The notes beneath the pieces are model-generated. The model made no database searches. It was given only the letters and a program-made list of their open reading frames with translations, and was not told the origin of the DNA. A stretch of DNA of 64,000 bases from Eledone cirrhosa. Taxonomy: Eukaryota. Location: assembly GCA_964016885.1 (NCBI GenBank), contig OZ024743.1, positions 257,982,001-258,046,000 of the forward strand, written 5' to 3'. A program made the translations under genes and the position numbers. This document shows, one piece after another, positions 11,620 through 24,159 of the stretch (positions are counted from its first letter, which is position 1; the number at the start of each line of letters is the position of its first letter).

Positions 11620-12188
11620 TTCACCGTTATTCGAACTGTTTATGTTCGATATTTAAACACTCTTATCGAGGATTGGCGAATGTATGTTTACATAGCCATC
11701 TGTGGATCCGCCATCCCACTTGGCCCTTGTGTGGCATTATCACCACGCTGTATACGGACACACATAAACAAACAAGCACACGGGCAGAAAGGGCCCCAAA
11801 AATGAATAAGCATAAGTTTCATTGTAATGTAGTATTCGAATGTCTGACTTAGTTTTTGTTTTTTAAGTTTTACTTTTTCCCCCCTCTTCTCTGTCCGTCC
11901 GCCTGCTTCTCTCTTCATTCTTATTTTCTTTACGTTTTTGGGGTTTCTTTTTTTGTTTTTGTTTTTCTCTGTTTTTCTCGTTTTTTACTGTTGTTGCTGT
12001 GCTGCTTTTGTTGTTTGTTTTTTCTTTTTTCTTTTGAGTCTATCTATATATTTTGATGCCTTCCTCTTTGTTAGTAGTAGGAATTCTATAATGTGGAAGT
12101 GGTAGCCAGCAGAGACTGGCGGCGTTGGCGATACTGAGACAGTGGTGGTGGTGATGTCGATACCGAGGCAGTGGTGGCGGTGATGCGA

Positions 12189-12830
12189 CCGTATTACTGT
12201 AGTGATGGTGCTGTAGCGGTGGCAGCAGCAGTGAAGGAGTCAGGGGGTGGTGGCGGCGGTGATGGGATAGTGGTGGTAATGATGGCCGTAGTGAGCGGTG
12301 GCGGTGAAGGTGAAAATGCTGTTGTGTTTAGTGTACACAGATGATGGGGTGGGTGGTGTATCTAGTTTCTGGTGTTGGTGAGTTTCGCTGTCCTATATAG
12401 TGTAGCCAGAGGAGAGGAGGGGGGGGGGGGGTTCTTCTTCTTCCATTTATAGCCATTTTATTTTTTTTGGATATACAGTGTACAATACAAAGTTGAATAT
12501 TTGAATATTTGAGCCGTATTACTGTAGTGATGGTGCTGTAGCGGTGGCAGCAGCAGTGAAGGAGTCAAGGGGTGGTGGCGGCGGTGATGGGATAGTGGTG
12601 GTAATGATGGCCGTAGTGAGCGGTGGCGGTGAAGGTGAAAATGCTGTTGTGTTCAGTGTACACAGATGATGGGGTGGGTGGTGTATCTAGTTTCTGGTGT
12701 TGGTGAGTTTAGCTGTCCTATATAGTGTAGCCAGAGGAGAGGGGGGGGGGTTCTTCTTCCATTTATAGCCATTTTTTGGGGGGGGATATACAGTGTACAA
12801 TACAAAGTTGAATATTTGAATATTTGAGCC
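12189..12830. repeat. Tandem duplication of about 320 bp (12189-12515 and 12514-12830)
   Basis: CCGTATTACTGTAGTGATGG...AATATTTGAGCC occurs twice. The copies differ mainly in homopolymer lengths. Confidence 0.9.
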
Positions 12831-12997
12831 TTATAACAATATATTTTGGGTCCGAATTTTTTGGGGGCTCAAGCCGGGTGCTTTACGTAGCATTTGTACT
12901 AAGAGTTGTTATTTCACAAATGATTTAAATATGTTAAAAATTCAAAACTTACGGGAGCGATTTCATGACCTCCGTCACCTCGTGCGTCTTCTTCCCT

Positions 12998-13328
12998 AAT
13001 TATTATTATTATTATTATTATTATTGTTATTATTATTATTATTATTATTCTTTGAGTCTCAGTCATTGATGTTAGTTAACTGGAAAGTTTGTTGAAATGA
13101 ATATCAAGCCACTACCTGCAATCTCAGATATTCAGGACGTATCGGAGGGTTCTTGCTGTTCCCAGCAAGCATGCCTTTTGAAGCGTTCCAAAAAGCGTGG
13201 CGAGGCCAATTTTCTTAACCATCCCTGGAAACGTTTTGAGATAGTACCTAGTGCGCCTATGACAATCGGGACCACTTTGACTTCATGGCAGTTCCAAATC
13301 CTTTTTACCTCCCACTTTAAGTCTTGGT
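12998..13328 (-). mobile_element. 5'-truncated Dong copy (13050-13328) with (TAA)n tail (12998-13049)
   Basis: Aligns by eye to 8153-8432. (ATT)n lies on both sides. Confidence 0.9.
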
Positions 13329-13439
13329 ATTATTATTACTTTTTTTTTTTTTTTCCCCAATTCAATGATGTTCCAGAACAATATAAAAGAGATAATTGGC
13401 AATTTAGGTTCTGGAACAAAAAAGATAATTGGCAATAAG

Positions 13440-16400
13440 GGCAGGGGCCCCAGGTTATCACAGCTTGGGCCCGCTCGTCATCGTGCCATTGTAATAGAGC
13501 CAAACAAGGCATTTAGTCTTGGCTGCTGGAACGTATGGACGCTGCTTGACAGGGATTACTTGGAGCGTCCTGAACAAAGGACCGCTCTTGTTGCAAAGGA
13601 GCTTCGACGTTACGATCTTGACATCGTGGCTTTATCTGAGACGAGGTTAGCTGGAGATGGTCATCTTACAGAATTTTGTGGAGAATATACATTCTTCTGG
13701 AAAGGAAGAGATGAAGGAACCAGAAGAGAGGCTGGGGTAGGATTTGCTGTTAAGACTGTACCTGTGAATAAATTAGAAGAATTCCCAGTAGGGATTAGTG
13801 AGCGTCTTATGTCCATGAGAATTCCACTGGACAAAGGAAGATATGCGACCCTGGTGAGTGTGTATGCTCCAACTATGAATTCTGTCGATGAAGAAAAAGT
13901 GTCCTTTTACCATGCCTTGAAAGGTGTTTTAAGAAATATCCCTCAGGCAGACAAAGTCATCGTGCTTGGTCACTTTAATGCTAGATTGGGTAGGGATTTT
14001 AACACATGGAATGTAATCGGAAGGCATGGTGGTGGGAAAGTGTAACAATAATGGTATGCTCCTGCTACAGATGTGTGAGGAGCTGGATCTGTGTGTTACC
14101 AACACCATGTTCCAACAAAAGAACAAATTCAAGACCACATGGATGCATCCTGCATCTAAGGAATGGGATCTTTTGGAATACGTCCTAGTCAGGATGCGTG
14201 ACAGACAGGATGTGCAGTGTGTTCGTGCTCTTCGTGGAGCTGAGTGCTGGACTGACCACCGCCTGGTACGCGCAAAAATGAAACTAATCACTAAACGTAA
14301 AATCCGGGCTCCTGATGTTGCCCTGCCCAAAAGATTGAATTCTGCTTGTCTTAAGGATAAAAATGTGAAGAGAACATTGGAAGAAGAGATGCAGGCTGCA
14401 GATGAGGATTGGCCGACCCTTAAAAAGTCGGTTTATGATGTAGGCAGGCGTGTTCTGGGATTGGTGCAAAGAAAACATCAGGACTGGTTTAATGAGAATG
14501 ATGTACATATAGAAGACTTCTGGCTGATAAGAGGCGTGCTCTGTCACGCTACTTGACGGCAAAACCACAGGAGAGGAATACGTTGCATGAGGAACTCAAG
14601 GATGTAAAATCACGTGTTAGGCGGAGTCTTTCTCAGATGAAGGATCAGTGGTGGAGTGAGAAGGCTGGTGAGATACAAACTGCGTCAGATTCCAATAACA
14701 CAAAGCTGTTGTACAGTCTCTTGCGTGAGGTTTATGGACCGTCTTCTTCTCTGGTGACACCGCTTCGCAGCAAGGATGGCAAAGAACTTCTTCGTGACTC
14801 ACAAGGAATTCTACGAAGGTGGCGAGAGCACTTTGATGATCTTTTGAATCAGCCGTCTGTCGTCAGTGAAGATTTTCTCAATCTCATTCCAGAAAGTCCT
14901 GTGAAAGTAGCTCTCGCAGAACCTCCGACGCTTGTGGAGGTTGCAGTGGCTATTTCGAAGCTGAACAGTGGAAGATCTCCAGGTATGGATGGCATACATG
15001 CTGAGCTCCTACAATATGGCGGTAAGAGACTCCTGCAACATCTTCACTCTTTGTTTGGCAGGATATGGGCTAATGAATCCGTACTTGAGGACTGGAGAGA
15101 TGCAGTAATGGTGGTCTTGTACAAGGGAAAGGGTAACAGGAATGATTGTGGGAACTACAGAGGTATATCATTGCTTTCTGTCGTAGGGAAAGTTTTATGT
15201 AGGGTGCTTCTGGACCGTCTGCTGACACACATTGCAGATTGTGTTCTTCCTAAAAGTCAATATGGTTTTCGTGCTGGACGCGGCACTACTGATATGATCT
15301 TCTCAGCTAGACAGCTCCAGGAGAAGTGCATGGAACAAGGCTTGGATCTGTATCAGGTTTTTGTCGATCTGACAAAAGCTTTCGATACTGTTAACAGAGA
15401 TGCATTATGGAAGGTTCTCCATAAACTTGGTTGCCCTGATAAGTTCCTTGCTTTAGTTAGGTCTTTCCATGAAGACATGAGGGCTTGGGTTAATGTCAGA
15501 GGTAACATGTCGGAGCCTATCTCAGTAAAAAATGGAGTGAAACAGGGGGATATTCCAGCACCGACCCTGTTTGCCATATACTTTGCAATGGTTTTCTGTA
15601 TTGCATTAAGGAATTGCGAGCATGGTGCTTACATCCGATATCGAACTTCAGGCAGCATATTTAACATCAGCGGCTTTCCTGCAAAGACAAAAGTATTTAC
15701 ATCAATCATAACAGACCTCTTGTATGCAGATGATTGTGATCTTGTAGCGCACACTGAGAGTGATATGCAGCACATTTTGAATACATTTTCTGACGCTTGC
15801 ACTGCCCTAGGATTGACTGACAGTCTCAAGAAAACCGTCGTCATGTACCAACCTGCCCCTGGTAAGCAGTACACTGAACCAAATATCTATGTGTATGGTA
15901 AACGACTTGGAGTGGTTGATCAGTTTGTCTACCTGGGAAGCACTGTCAATCGATACAGCAACCTTGACAGTGAAATCTCACTTAGGATTAGGAAAGCAAG
16001 TGATGCTTTCGGAAAGCTAGAAAGGCGACTCTGCGGTCGGCGAGACATATGCAGGAGGACAAAGGTAAAGGTGTACAGGGCATGTGTGCTCTCTTCTCTT
16101 CTTTATGCCTGCGAGACCTGGGTCACATATCGACACCACCTTAAGCAATTAGAGCGTTTCCATCTGATGTGTCTCAGACGGATCCATGGCGTTCACTGGA
16201 GGGACCACATCAGTGATATCGAGATTTTGGAAAGCTCTATGTGTGACAGTATAGAAGCTCTTGTGCTTAAGCAACGACTCCGTTGGAGTGGTCACCTTGC
16301 CAGGATGAAGGATTCTAGAATACCAAAACAACTCTTTTATGGAGAGTTGTTTAAAGGAAAACGACCGCCACATAAACCAAAAAAGAGGTATAAGGATTCC

Positions 16401-16890
16401 TTGAAAGCCTCTCTGAAAGACGCTAACATCTCTGCTGATACATGGGAAAATATTGCTGGTGATCGTAATAAATGGAGAAAGACTGTATATGAGGGAAAAG
16501 TTGCCTTTGAGGCATCTCGAATCGCATACGAGAAAGTAAAGCGGGATGTGAGGAAGGGCATTGCTGTTGCACTTCCAGACGGCGAGGGTCCTCCTATGGT
16601 GCTGACATGCAGCGTCTGTGCGAGACTCTGCCTAAGCAAAGCTGGACTCGAAAGTCATCTTCGCAGTCATAAAGTAAGACCAGTGGTTGACTACCAGGCT
16701 GCTGTTGGAGATGCTACTCATCATGCTTGCCAAACATGTCGTAGAGAATGTAAATTAGCAGGAGGGCTCAAGCGACATTCAAAAGTACACGAACTCCAAC
16801 CACACATATACATTAATAACAATAATAATAATAATAACAACAATAATAATAATAACAACAATAATAATAACGACAACAACAATAATAATA
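13440..16890 (+). mobile_element. RTE/BovB-like LINE, frameshifted (ORF pieces 13365-14045, 14026-14556, 14553-16931), (AAT/AAC)n tail
   Basis: APE motifs WNVWTL, ALSETR, VYAPT, TDH. RT motifs GNYRGISLLS, FVDLTKAFD, LLYADD. Two C-terminal C2H2 fingers: CSVCARLCLSKAGLESHLRSH and CQTCRRECKLAGGLKRHSKVH. Confidence 0.9.
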
Positions 16891-17044
16891 TACATATACA
16901 TATATATATACACATACACGCACACACATAAACATATCTATACACACTCACACACACGATAGCAACTAACAGCGCTGCGATCGAATGTGGCTTTTCGTGG
17001 CTGAGAGATGGATCAATAAGACAATAGAGGTAGTTTGAGTTAAT

Positions 17045-19822
17045 AATCAAATAATTAAGCTTAGATTAGTTGTAGGCAGGGGTCTACTGACAATCATCTC
17101 TGCCTATGCTCCCCAAGCAGGCCTAGGCAAAGAAGAGAAAGACTGCTTTTACGAGCAACTTTTACAAACAGCCGCAATGACAGAGGACGGAGACATTGTT
17201 ATACTAGCAGGGGACTTCAATGGCCATATTGGACAGCTCCAGGATGGTTAGACTGGGGTACATGGTGGGCACAGTTACGGCTCAAGAAATGAAGAAGGAG
17301 TGAGGCTTCTTGAATTTTGTCATGCAAGTACACTGACTATTTGCAACACTAACTTCCAGAAACCTGCCAACCACCTAATAACCTACAAATCAGGCGAGCA
17401 CATAAGCCAGATTGACTTCTTACTAGTTAGGCAGCGGGACAGGCAGATGGTGTCAAATACCAAGGCATACCCTGGGGAAGAATGTAGCCCACAGCATAGG
17501 TTAGTCATTAGTGATATCTCAGTAAGCAAAAGATGGAATGAGACATACAGGAAGGTGTGGGGAAGAAAGGTCTGGAAGCTAAGAGACCTTTTACTAAAAT
17601 ACAAATTTAGGAAAGCCCTTCAAGATGTGTTTGACGAAAAAGAAGACGATTTATAGTCGTATGACAGATAATAACTGGAATTTCTTACATAACAACTTAC
17701 TGCAGGCTACTGATGAAACTTGTGGCTGGAGCAGAGCTCCAACCAGACAGCGAGTGACCTGGTGGTGGAACAGCACAGTAGATAGGGCCATTAGAGACAA
17801 AAGACTAGCATGGAAGGCTTGGAAAAAGGGTGGGAGTAGAGAAGGATATACAGCCGCTAAGAGAGAAGCTAGACGTCAGGTGTACTTAGCACGCAGGGAG
17901 GCTGAGAGTAGGAGGTTTGCCAATGTTCTGCGACGGGAAGATCAGAGGCGTGCAGTGTTCCACATTGTAAGGTAGTGTCTCAATGCAACTCAGGATATTG
18001 TTGGAGATAAATGTGTCCGGAATGATGCCGATGTACTTAGTGTCACGAATGATCAGAAAAAGGAGGCCTGGAAATGTCATTATGAGAGACTGATGAATGT
18101 GGAGAACGAATGGGAGAGAGAGAAATTACCCTTAGTAGATCCGACAGAGGGACCAGCTATTGAGATTGACGAATATAGGGTCCAAGAGGCGATAAAGGAA
18201 ATGAAAAATGGTAAGGCTGCTGGACCGTCGGGGATAGTTGCTGAGATACTGAAGGCATCATGGGACGTAGGCACTAAACTGGTTGCATGCATCATCAATC
18301 AGGCTATATATGGTGGTGTCATACCCAAAGACTGGTGCAGCAGTATTCTCATAAATTGCTACAAAGGTAAAGGGGATGCTCTGGAGAGGAGCAATTATAG
18401 GGGTATAAAACTGATGGATCATGTTATGAAAATGGCAGAAAGGATATAGCACAACTAATTAGAGAAAGGGTCAAACTAGATGAGATGCAGTTTGGGAAAA
18501 GTACAATAGATGCCCTCTTCTTGGTGAGACAATTACAAGAGAGGTTCTTAGAGAAGAATAAACCACTATACTTAGCCTTTGTTGACCTAGAGAAGGCCTT
18601 TGATATGGTACCCCAATCTGTCATCGGGTGGTCCCTAAGGAAACTAGGTGTTGAGGAATGGCTTGTGAGGACAGTGCAAACTTTGTACAGAGGTGTTGTC
18701 AGTAAAGTGAGGGTAGGAATGGAGTTTAGTGAGGAATTCCAGATACAAGTAGGAGTACATCAGGGTTCGGTCCTCAGGCCGCTCTTGTTCATTATAGTCC
18801 TCCAAGCCATAACAGAGGAGTTTAAGACTGGCTGTCCATGGGAACTTCTCTATGCTGACGATCTGGTTCTTATAGCAGAATCAGTAGAGGAGCTAGAGAA
18901 TAAATTCTGGCTATGGAAACAGCAGTTGGAAGCAAGAGGACTGAGAGTGAACCTAGCTAAGACAAAAGTGTTGATGAGTAGAAAAGAGGACAAAACTCTG
19001 AGTCCATCAGGAAATGGCCATGTTCGATATGCAGAAAAGGAACTAGCATAAATTTTATAAAATGCACACAATGCAGATGCTGGGTACACAAGAGATGTAG
19101 TGGGATAGCAGGCAAACTAACAGGTTGGGAGAAATACGTATGCAGTAGATGTACAGGGAAATTAGACAGTAGAAGTCGCATTGATAGACACATTTTTCAA
19201 ATGCAGGCGGGTGCTATAGAAGTGGTGGATAGCTTCCGGTACCTAGGTTATCAGATTAGCATTGGGGGGGGGGGGGGTTCCGAGGCCATATTGTGTAGAA
19301 TAAGGACAGGTTGGAAGAAGTTTAGGGAGCTGCTTCATCTGCTGACGAAGAAGGGTTTCTCCCTGCGTACGAAAGGCCCGTTATATGATGCCTGTGTGAC
19401 GAGCGCGATGCTGCATGGTAGTGAAACTTGGGCAGCAACTGCAGTTGATATGCGACGGCATGCTCCGTTGGATGTGCAATGTCAATGTGCATGAACGACC
19501 CCGCATGGATGTATTGAGATAGAAACAGTGTCTGAGAGGGATAGAATGTAGTGTACGGGAGAGGAGACTGCGTGTTATGGACATATGATATGCATGGTGG
19601 ATGACCGATGAAGAAGTGCCAGGAAATGCTAGTTGAAGGAAGACGTGGTAGAGGTAGACCACGAAAAACATGGGCGGAGTTGCTGAGAACAGACCTCAGA
19701 TCGCTGAAGCTCACGGTGGGGATGATGAAGGACCGTGACAAGTGGAGAGATGCTGTGCTGAATAAGACCCGTCCCACCTTTGCAAGCAGGGAAAAGCGGA
19801 CATAAAATGATGATGATGATGA
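17045..19822 (+). mobile_element. RTE-clade LINE family A (PHD finger inside RT), 5'-truncated, decayed
   Basis: APE SAYAPQ and GDFNGH, RT LLYADD, PHD-like finger at about 19012-19155. The ORF ends in the tail CCCACCTTTGCAAGCAGGGAAAAGCGGACATAAAA(TGA)n. Confidence 0.88.
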
Positions 19823-19969
19823 TATGTATGTGTGTGTGTATATATATAGAGAGATGTAGATATAGATACATATCAAAGCAGTGTTTTATCTGAAAACGTA
19901 TGTTTAAACAAATATTGTTATACTTTGCGGTAGTCATGCTGCCAATAAAAAAAATTTGACGTGCCAATT

Positions 19970-21050
19970 GTGGATCTAGTAAAAAAGATGAGGAATGTCT
20001 CCCACATGTGCAATCCTAAAGAATTAGAGAGACACATACAACACTTCATCCACTGAATGCAGTTCTCTAGCGACAATCAGTGAGACAGGTATATAAAGGA
20101 GCCAGGGTCAAATAGAATGAGATTGTAAAAAATTATGTGAATGGGACTTTCTCTGTGTATAAGGAGCAACTTTTTGAATAAGATAGAAAGAATTAAGAAG
20201 AAGACTAATAAAGTCAACTTGTGTAATGTTTATCAATGCAACCCCCAGAGTCAAACTAGTTCACAGACTTAGAAGGGCTCTAGACAAACAAAAATTAAAT
20301 ATTAAGATAGTTGAAAGACCAGGTATTCCCATAAAAGCCCTAATTAGTAGAACATCCTTTTCCAGAAAACCCATATGCTGGAAGGAAATGCATATTCTGC
20401 AAATTAAGCCCACAAACTACCTGCAAAACTAGGAACGTAGTATATAGATTAGATGTACTGAGGGACAGTGTAAGAATAAGAACATAACTTACATAAGTGA
20501 GACAGCCTGTGGCATAGGAGAAAGGATTAATGAACACTGGCAAGAACTCCAAGATGGTAAGAACTCATCAGTACTCCACCAACATGCCAAAATAGAACAT
20601 GGGGGCGCATTAGAGAACATAGAGATAAAGATTATATCCACACACAGAAAAGGGAAATGGCGCAATGCTCCAACAAATAACAGAAGTGACAAACACCAGC
20701 CAGAATTAAAAGAAAACATGAGTGGGATAGCAACAACATCACAACTAGTAATTAAGGACAAGATAAAGACATACAGAGACACACAAGAACCAAATTAATA
20801 CAACAAACCAGACACACACACACAGATAGAACAAGTAACCAACTAGTGACAAGTAAATAAATGTATAAATAAATAAACATATACACACACATGCACAAAT
20901 ATAACACATGCACAGACCAAGTACACAGCACACAACTCATAAAAATAAGATGGTGTAAGACAGAACAAATGAGAGATACAAAATAACAAATCAGTGATTG
21001 AGAAGATCACAGAATGTGTGATAAAAGAGCTTTAACAATAAATAAACAGC
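19970..21050 (+). mobile_element. Penelope-like element remnant (GIY-YIG region and 3' repeat)
   Basis: Translates across frameshifts to KTRNVVYRL..C..QCKNK..YISETACGIGERINEHWQ...SVLHQH. A decayed hammerhead-like motif lies at about 20998-21036. Confidence 0.7.
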
Positions 21051-21280
21051 AAACTGGTTAATAAACCAACCAACTGGGAATTTGGAATAAATTGAAGTAA
21101 AAACTAACAGATGCATGTATTTTCTATGGACAGACTGACCCTCCCAAAGTATAACAACATATATACTTGTTTTGCAAGGTTTTTGATATGAAATCTGGTT
21201 TTGAAACAGATATTGTTATATTTGGGGAAGGTCATGTTGTCTTAATATTCCCGAAAAAATAGTAAAGCACACTTGACGAT

Positions 21281-24150
21281 GGGATGGGTGGTGTAGGTAT
21301 ACTACTAGCTGACAAGTGGGTAGATAAAGTAATCTCAGTGTACAGGGTAAATGCAAGAATCATTAAACTCAGACTAGTCCTGAATAAAACAATTACCACA
21401 ATAATATCAGCTTACGCACCCCAATTGGAGTTGCCAGACGAACTTAAGGATAGGTTTTACGAGTCCCTAATGCACACTACTGCTCTAACAAATGACAATG
21501 ACTTCCTAATCATCGCAGGAGATTTTAACGGACACGTACGTAAACACTGTGACGGCTTCAATAGAGTCCATGGAGGCCACGGGGTTGGCACAAGAAATGA
21601 AGAAAGATTCAGACTTCTAGAATTCTGCATCGCCAATGACATGTCGATGTGTAACACAAACTTAAAAAAACCCGACAACCACCTGATCACCTATAGATCA
21701 GGGGAGCATTCTAGTCAGATAGATTTTATCCTCATCAGAGGACATGACAGATGGACGGTCGTAAACACAAAAGCCTACCCTAGTGAGGAATGTACCTCCC
21801 AAAATAGCTTAGTTGTCAGCGACCTCACGGTCAGAACTAGACGAACCTGGAAACAGAGGCCAACCTGGAGAAGAAATATCTGGAAGCTGAAAGATCTGAA
21901 AGCCAGTAACAGATGTAAAGATGTTTTACTCAACGCCTACAACTGTAAAGAAGAACAGATAGAGACATTCAATGTAGAAGAGCACTGGGAGTTCCTAAAA
22001 AATAACTTACTAGAGGCGACGGATGAGATCTGTGGCTGGAGTAAGACCACAAGCAGGAGGAGAGTGACTTGGTGGTGGAACAATAAGGTAGATGAGGCAG
22101 TTAAGGCCAAGAGACAGGCATGGAAAGAATGGAAGAACGGGGGGAGCAGGGTACATTACATAGAGACCAAGAGGGAAGCTAGGCGACAAGTATACTTAGC
22201 TAGGAGGGAAGCAGAGGATAGAAAATTCAAGCATGTTTTGTAACGTGAGGACCAGAAACAGGAGATGTTCAAGATTGCGAGACAGGGTGTCAGAGAGATT
22301 TGTGATGTCATTGGAGAGAAGTGTATCCGGAATGATAAAGGTGAGCTTGCCATCACAAGTGCTGAGAAGAAAGATGCATGGAAGAGCCATTATGATAGAT
22401 TACTAAATGAGGAGAATGCATGGGAAGAAGAGACCCTACCCCAAGTAGACCCTATAGAGGGTCCAGCAGTACAAGTCAGCAGCAGCGTAGTAAGTAAGGC
22501 AATCAAAGATATGAAGATGGGGAAGGCAACCGGTCCATCAGGTATAGCTGCCGAGATGCTGAAGGCATCTGGGTCTGTAGGTCACACTATAACCACACGT
22601 ATTGTTAACCAGGTAATACTAGAAGGTGTCATACCAAAAGATTGGTGCAGTAGCATCATTGTCAACTGCTACAAAGGTAAAGGTGATGCACTAGATAGAG
22701 GAAACTATAGAGGTATAAAGCTGATGGACCAGGTCATGAAAGTAACAGAAAGAGTTATAGCACAGTTGATTAGGGACCGGGTGAAACTAGATGAGATGCA
22801 ATTTGGGTTTGTACCAGGAAGAGGCACCACTGATGCCCTCTTCCTTGTGAAGCAGTTACAGGAAAAGTACCTAGCTAAAAGTAAGCCACTCTACCTGGCA
22901 TTCGTCGATCTTGAGAAAGCCTTTGACAGAGTTCCACGTGCTGTAATCTGGTGGGCTCTTAGAAAACTAGGAGTAGATGAATGGCTTGTGAAAGCTCTAC
23001 AAGCCATGTATAGGGGAGCAGTCAGCAAAGTTAGGATTAGCAATGAGTATAGCAAGGAATTTAGTGTACAGGTTGGTATCCACCAGGGCTCTGTTCTTAG
23101 CCCTCTCCTGTTCATCATAGTCCTGCAGGCAATAACGGAGGAGTTTAAGACCGGATGCTCATGGGAACTCCTGTATGCTGATGACCTCGCACTTATAGCT
23201 GAATCTATGGTAGAATTAGAGAAGAAATTCCAAACTTGGAAGCAGGGACTAGAAAGAAAGGGTCTCAAAGTCAACCTGACAAAGACTAAGGTCCTTGTAA
23301 GTAGACAAGAAAACAGAACACAGATACCCTCAGGGAAATGGCCTCGCTCAGTATGTAGGAAAGGTGTAGGTAGGAACTCCATTCTCTGCCCCAAATGCAA
23401 ACAATGGGTACACAAAAGATGTACCGGGATCTCAGGAAGCTTAATTAAGAATGTAGGCTTCACGTGCAGCAGCTGTGCTGGGACAGAAAGCAGCAAACAG
23501 CCACAGGAAACAATTACCACCAATCTCTGGGAGGGCTCTGTAGAAACAGTAGACAGCTTCTGCTACGTAGGTGACCGAATTAGCAGCGGAGGTGGGTGTT
23601 CAGAAAGTACAATAACTAGGGTAAGAATGGGATGGAAGAAGTTCAGGGAACTACTGCCACTGCTAGCTGCTAGCTGCAAAAGGCTTCTCCCTCAAAATGA
23701 AAGGCAGACTGTATGATGCGTGTATCCGAACAGCAATGTTACATGGTAGTGAGACCTGGGCGCTGAAGGTGGAAAACTTACGTAGATTAGAAAGAAACGA
23801 AGCCTGCATGTTCCAATGGATGTGTAATAGTAATATACGCGAACGGCAAAGCATAAATGAATTGAGAGAGAGACTGAGCATAAGAGGAATCAAATGCTGT
23901 GTGCAGGAGAGGCGGTTGCATTGGTATGGATATGTGATGCGTATGAAGGATGACAGCTGCATAAAAGGTGCAGAGCACTAGAAATAAATGGAAACTGCGG
24001 AGTGGGGAGACCCAAGAAGACCTGGGATGAGGTGATAAAAGCCGACCTTACCCAATTACACCTCTCACGCAGTAATACAGAGTACCTGACCTCCCACGGG
24101 TACAAGCTGAAGCATATAGACAATATGCCCCCACACCCTCCCACTGTAAA
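21281..24150 (+). mobile_element. RTE-clade LINE family B (PHD finger inside RT); ORF pieces 21284-22243, 22265-23716, 23697-23981
   Basis: APE GGVGIL, SAYAPQ and GDFNGH, RT LLYADD, PHD-like finger at 23336-23477. The 3' UTR is cut at about 24150. Confidence 0.9.
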
Positions 24151-24159
24151 AAGTTTAGC

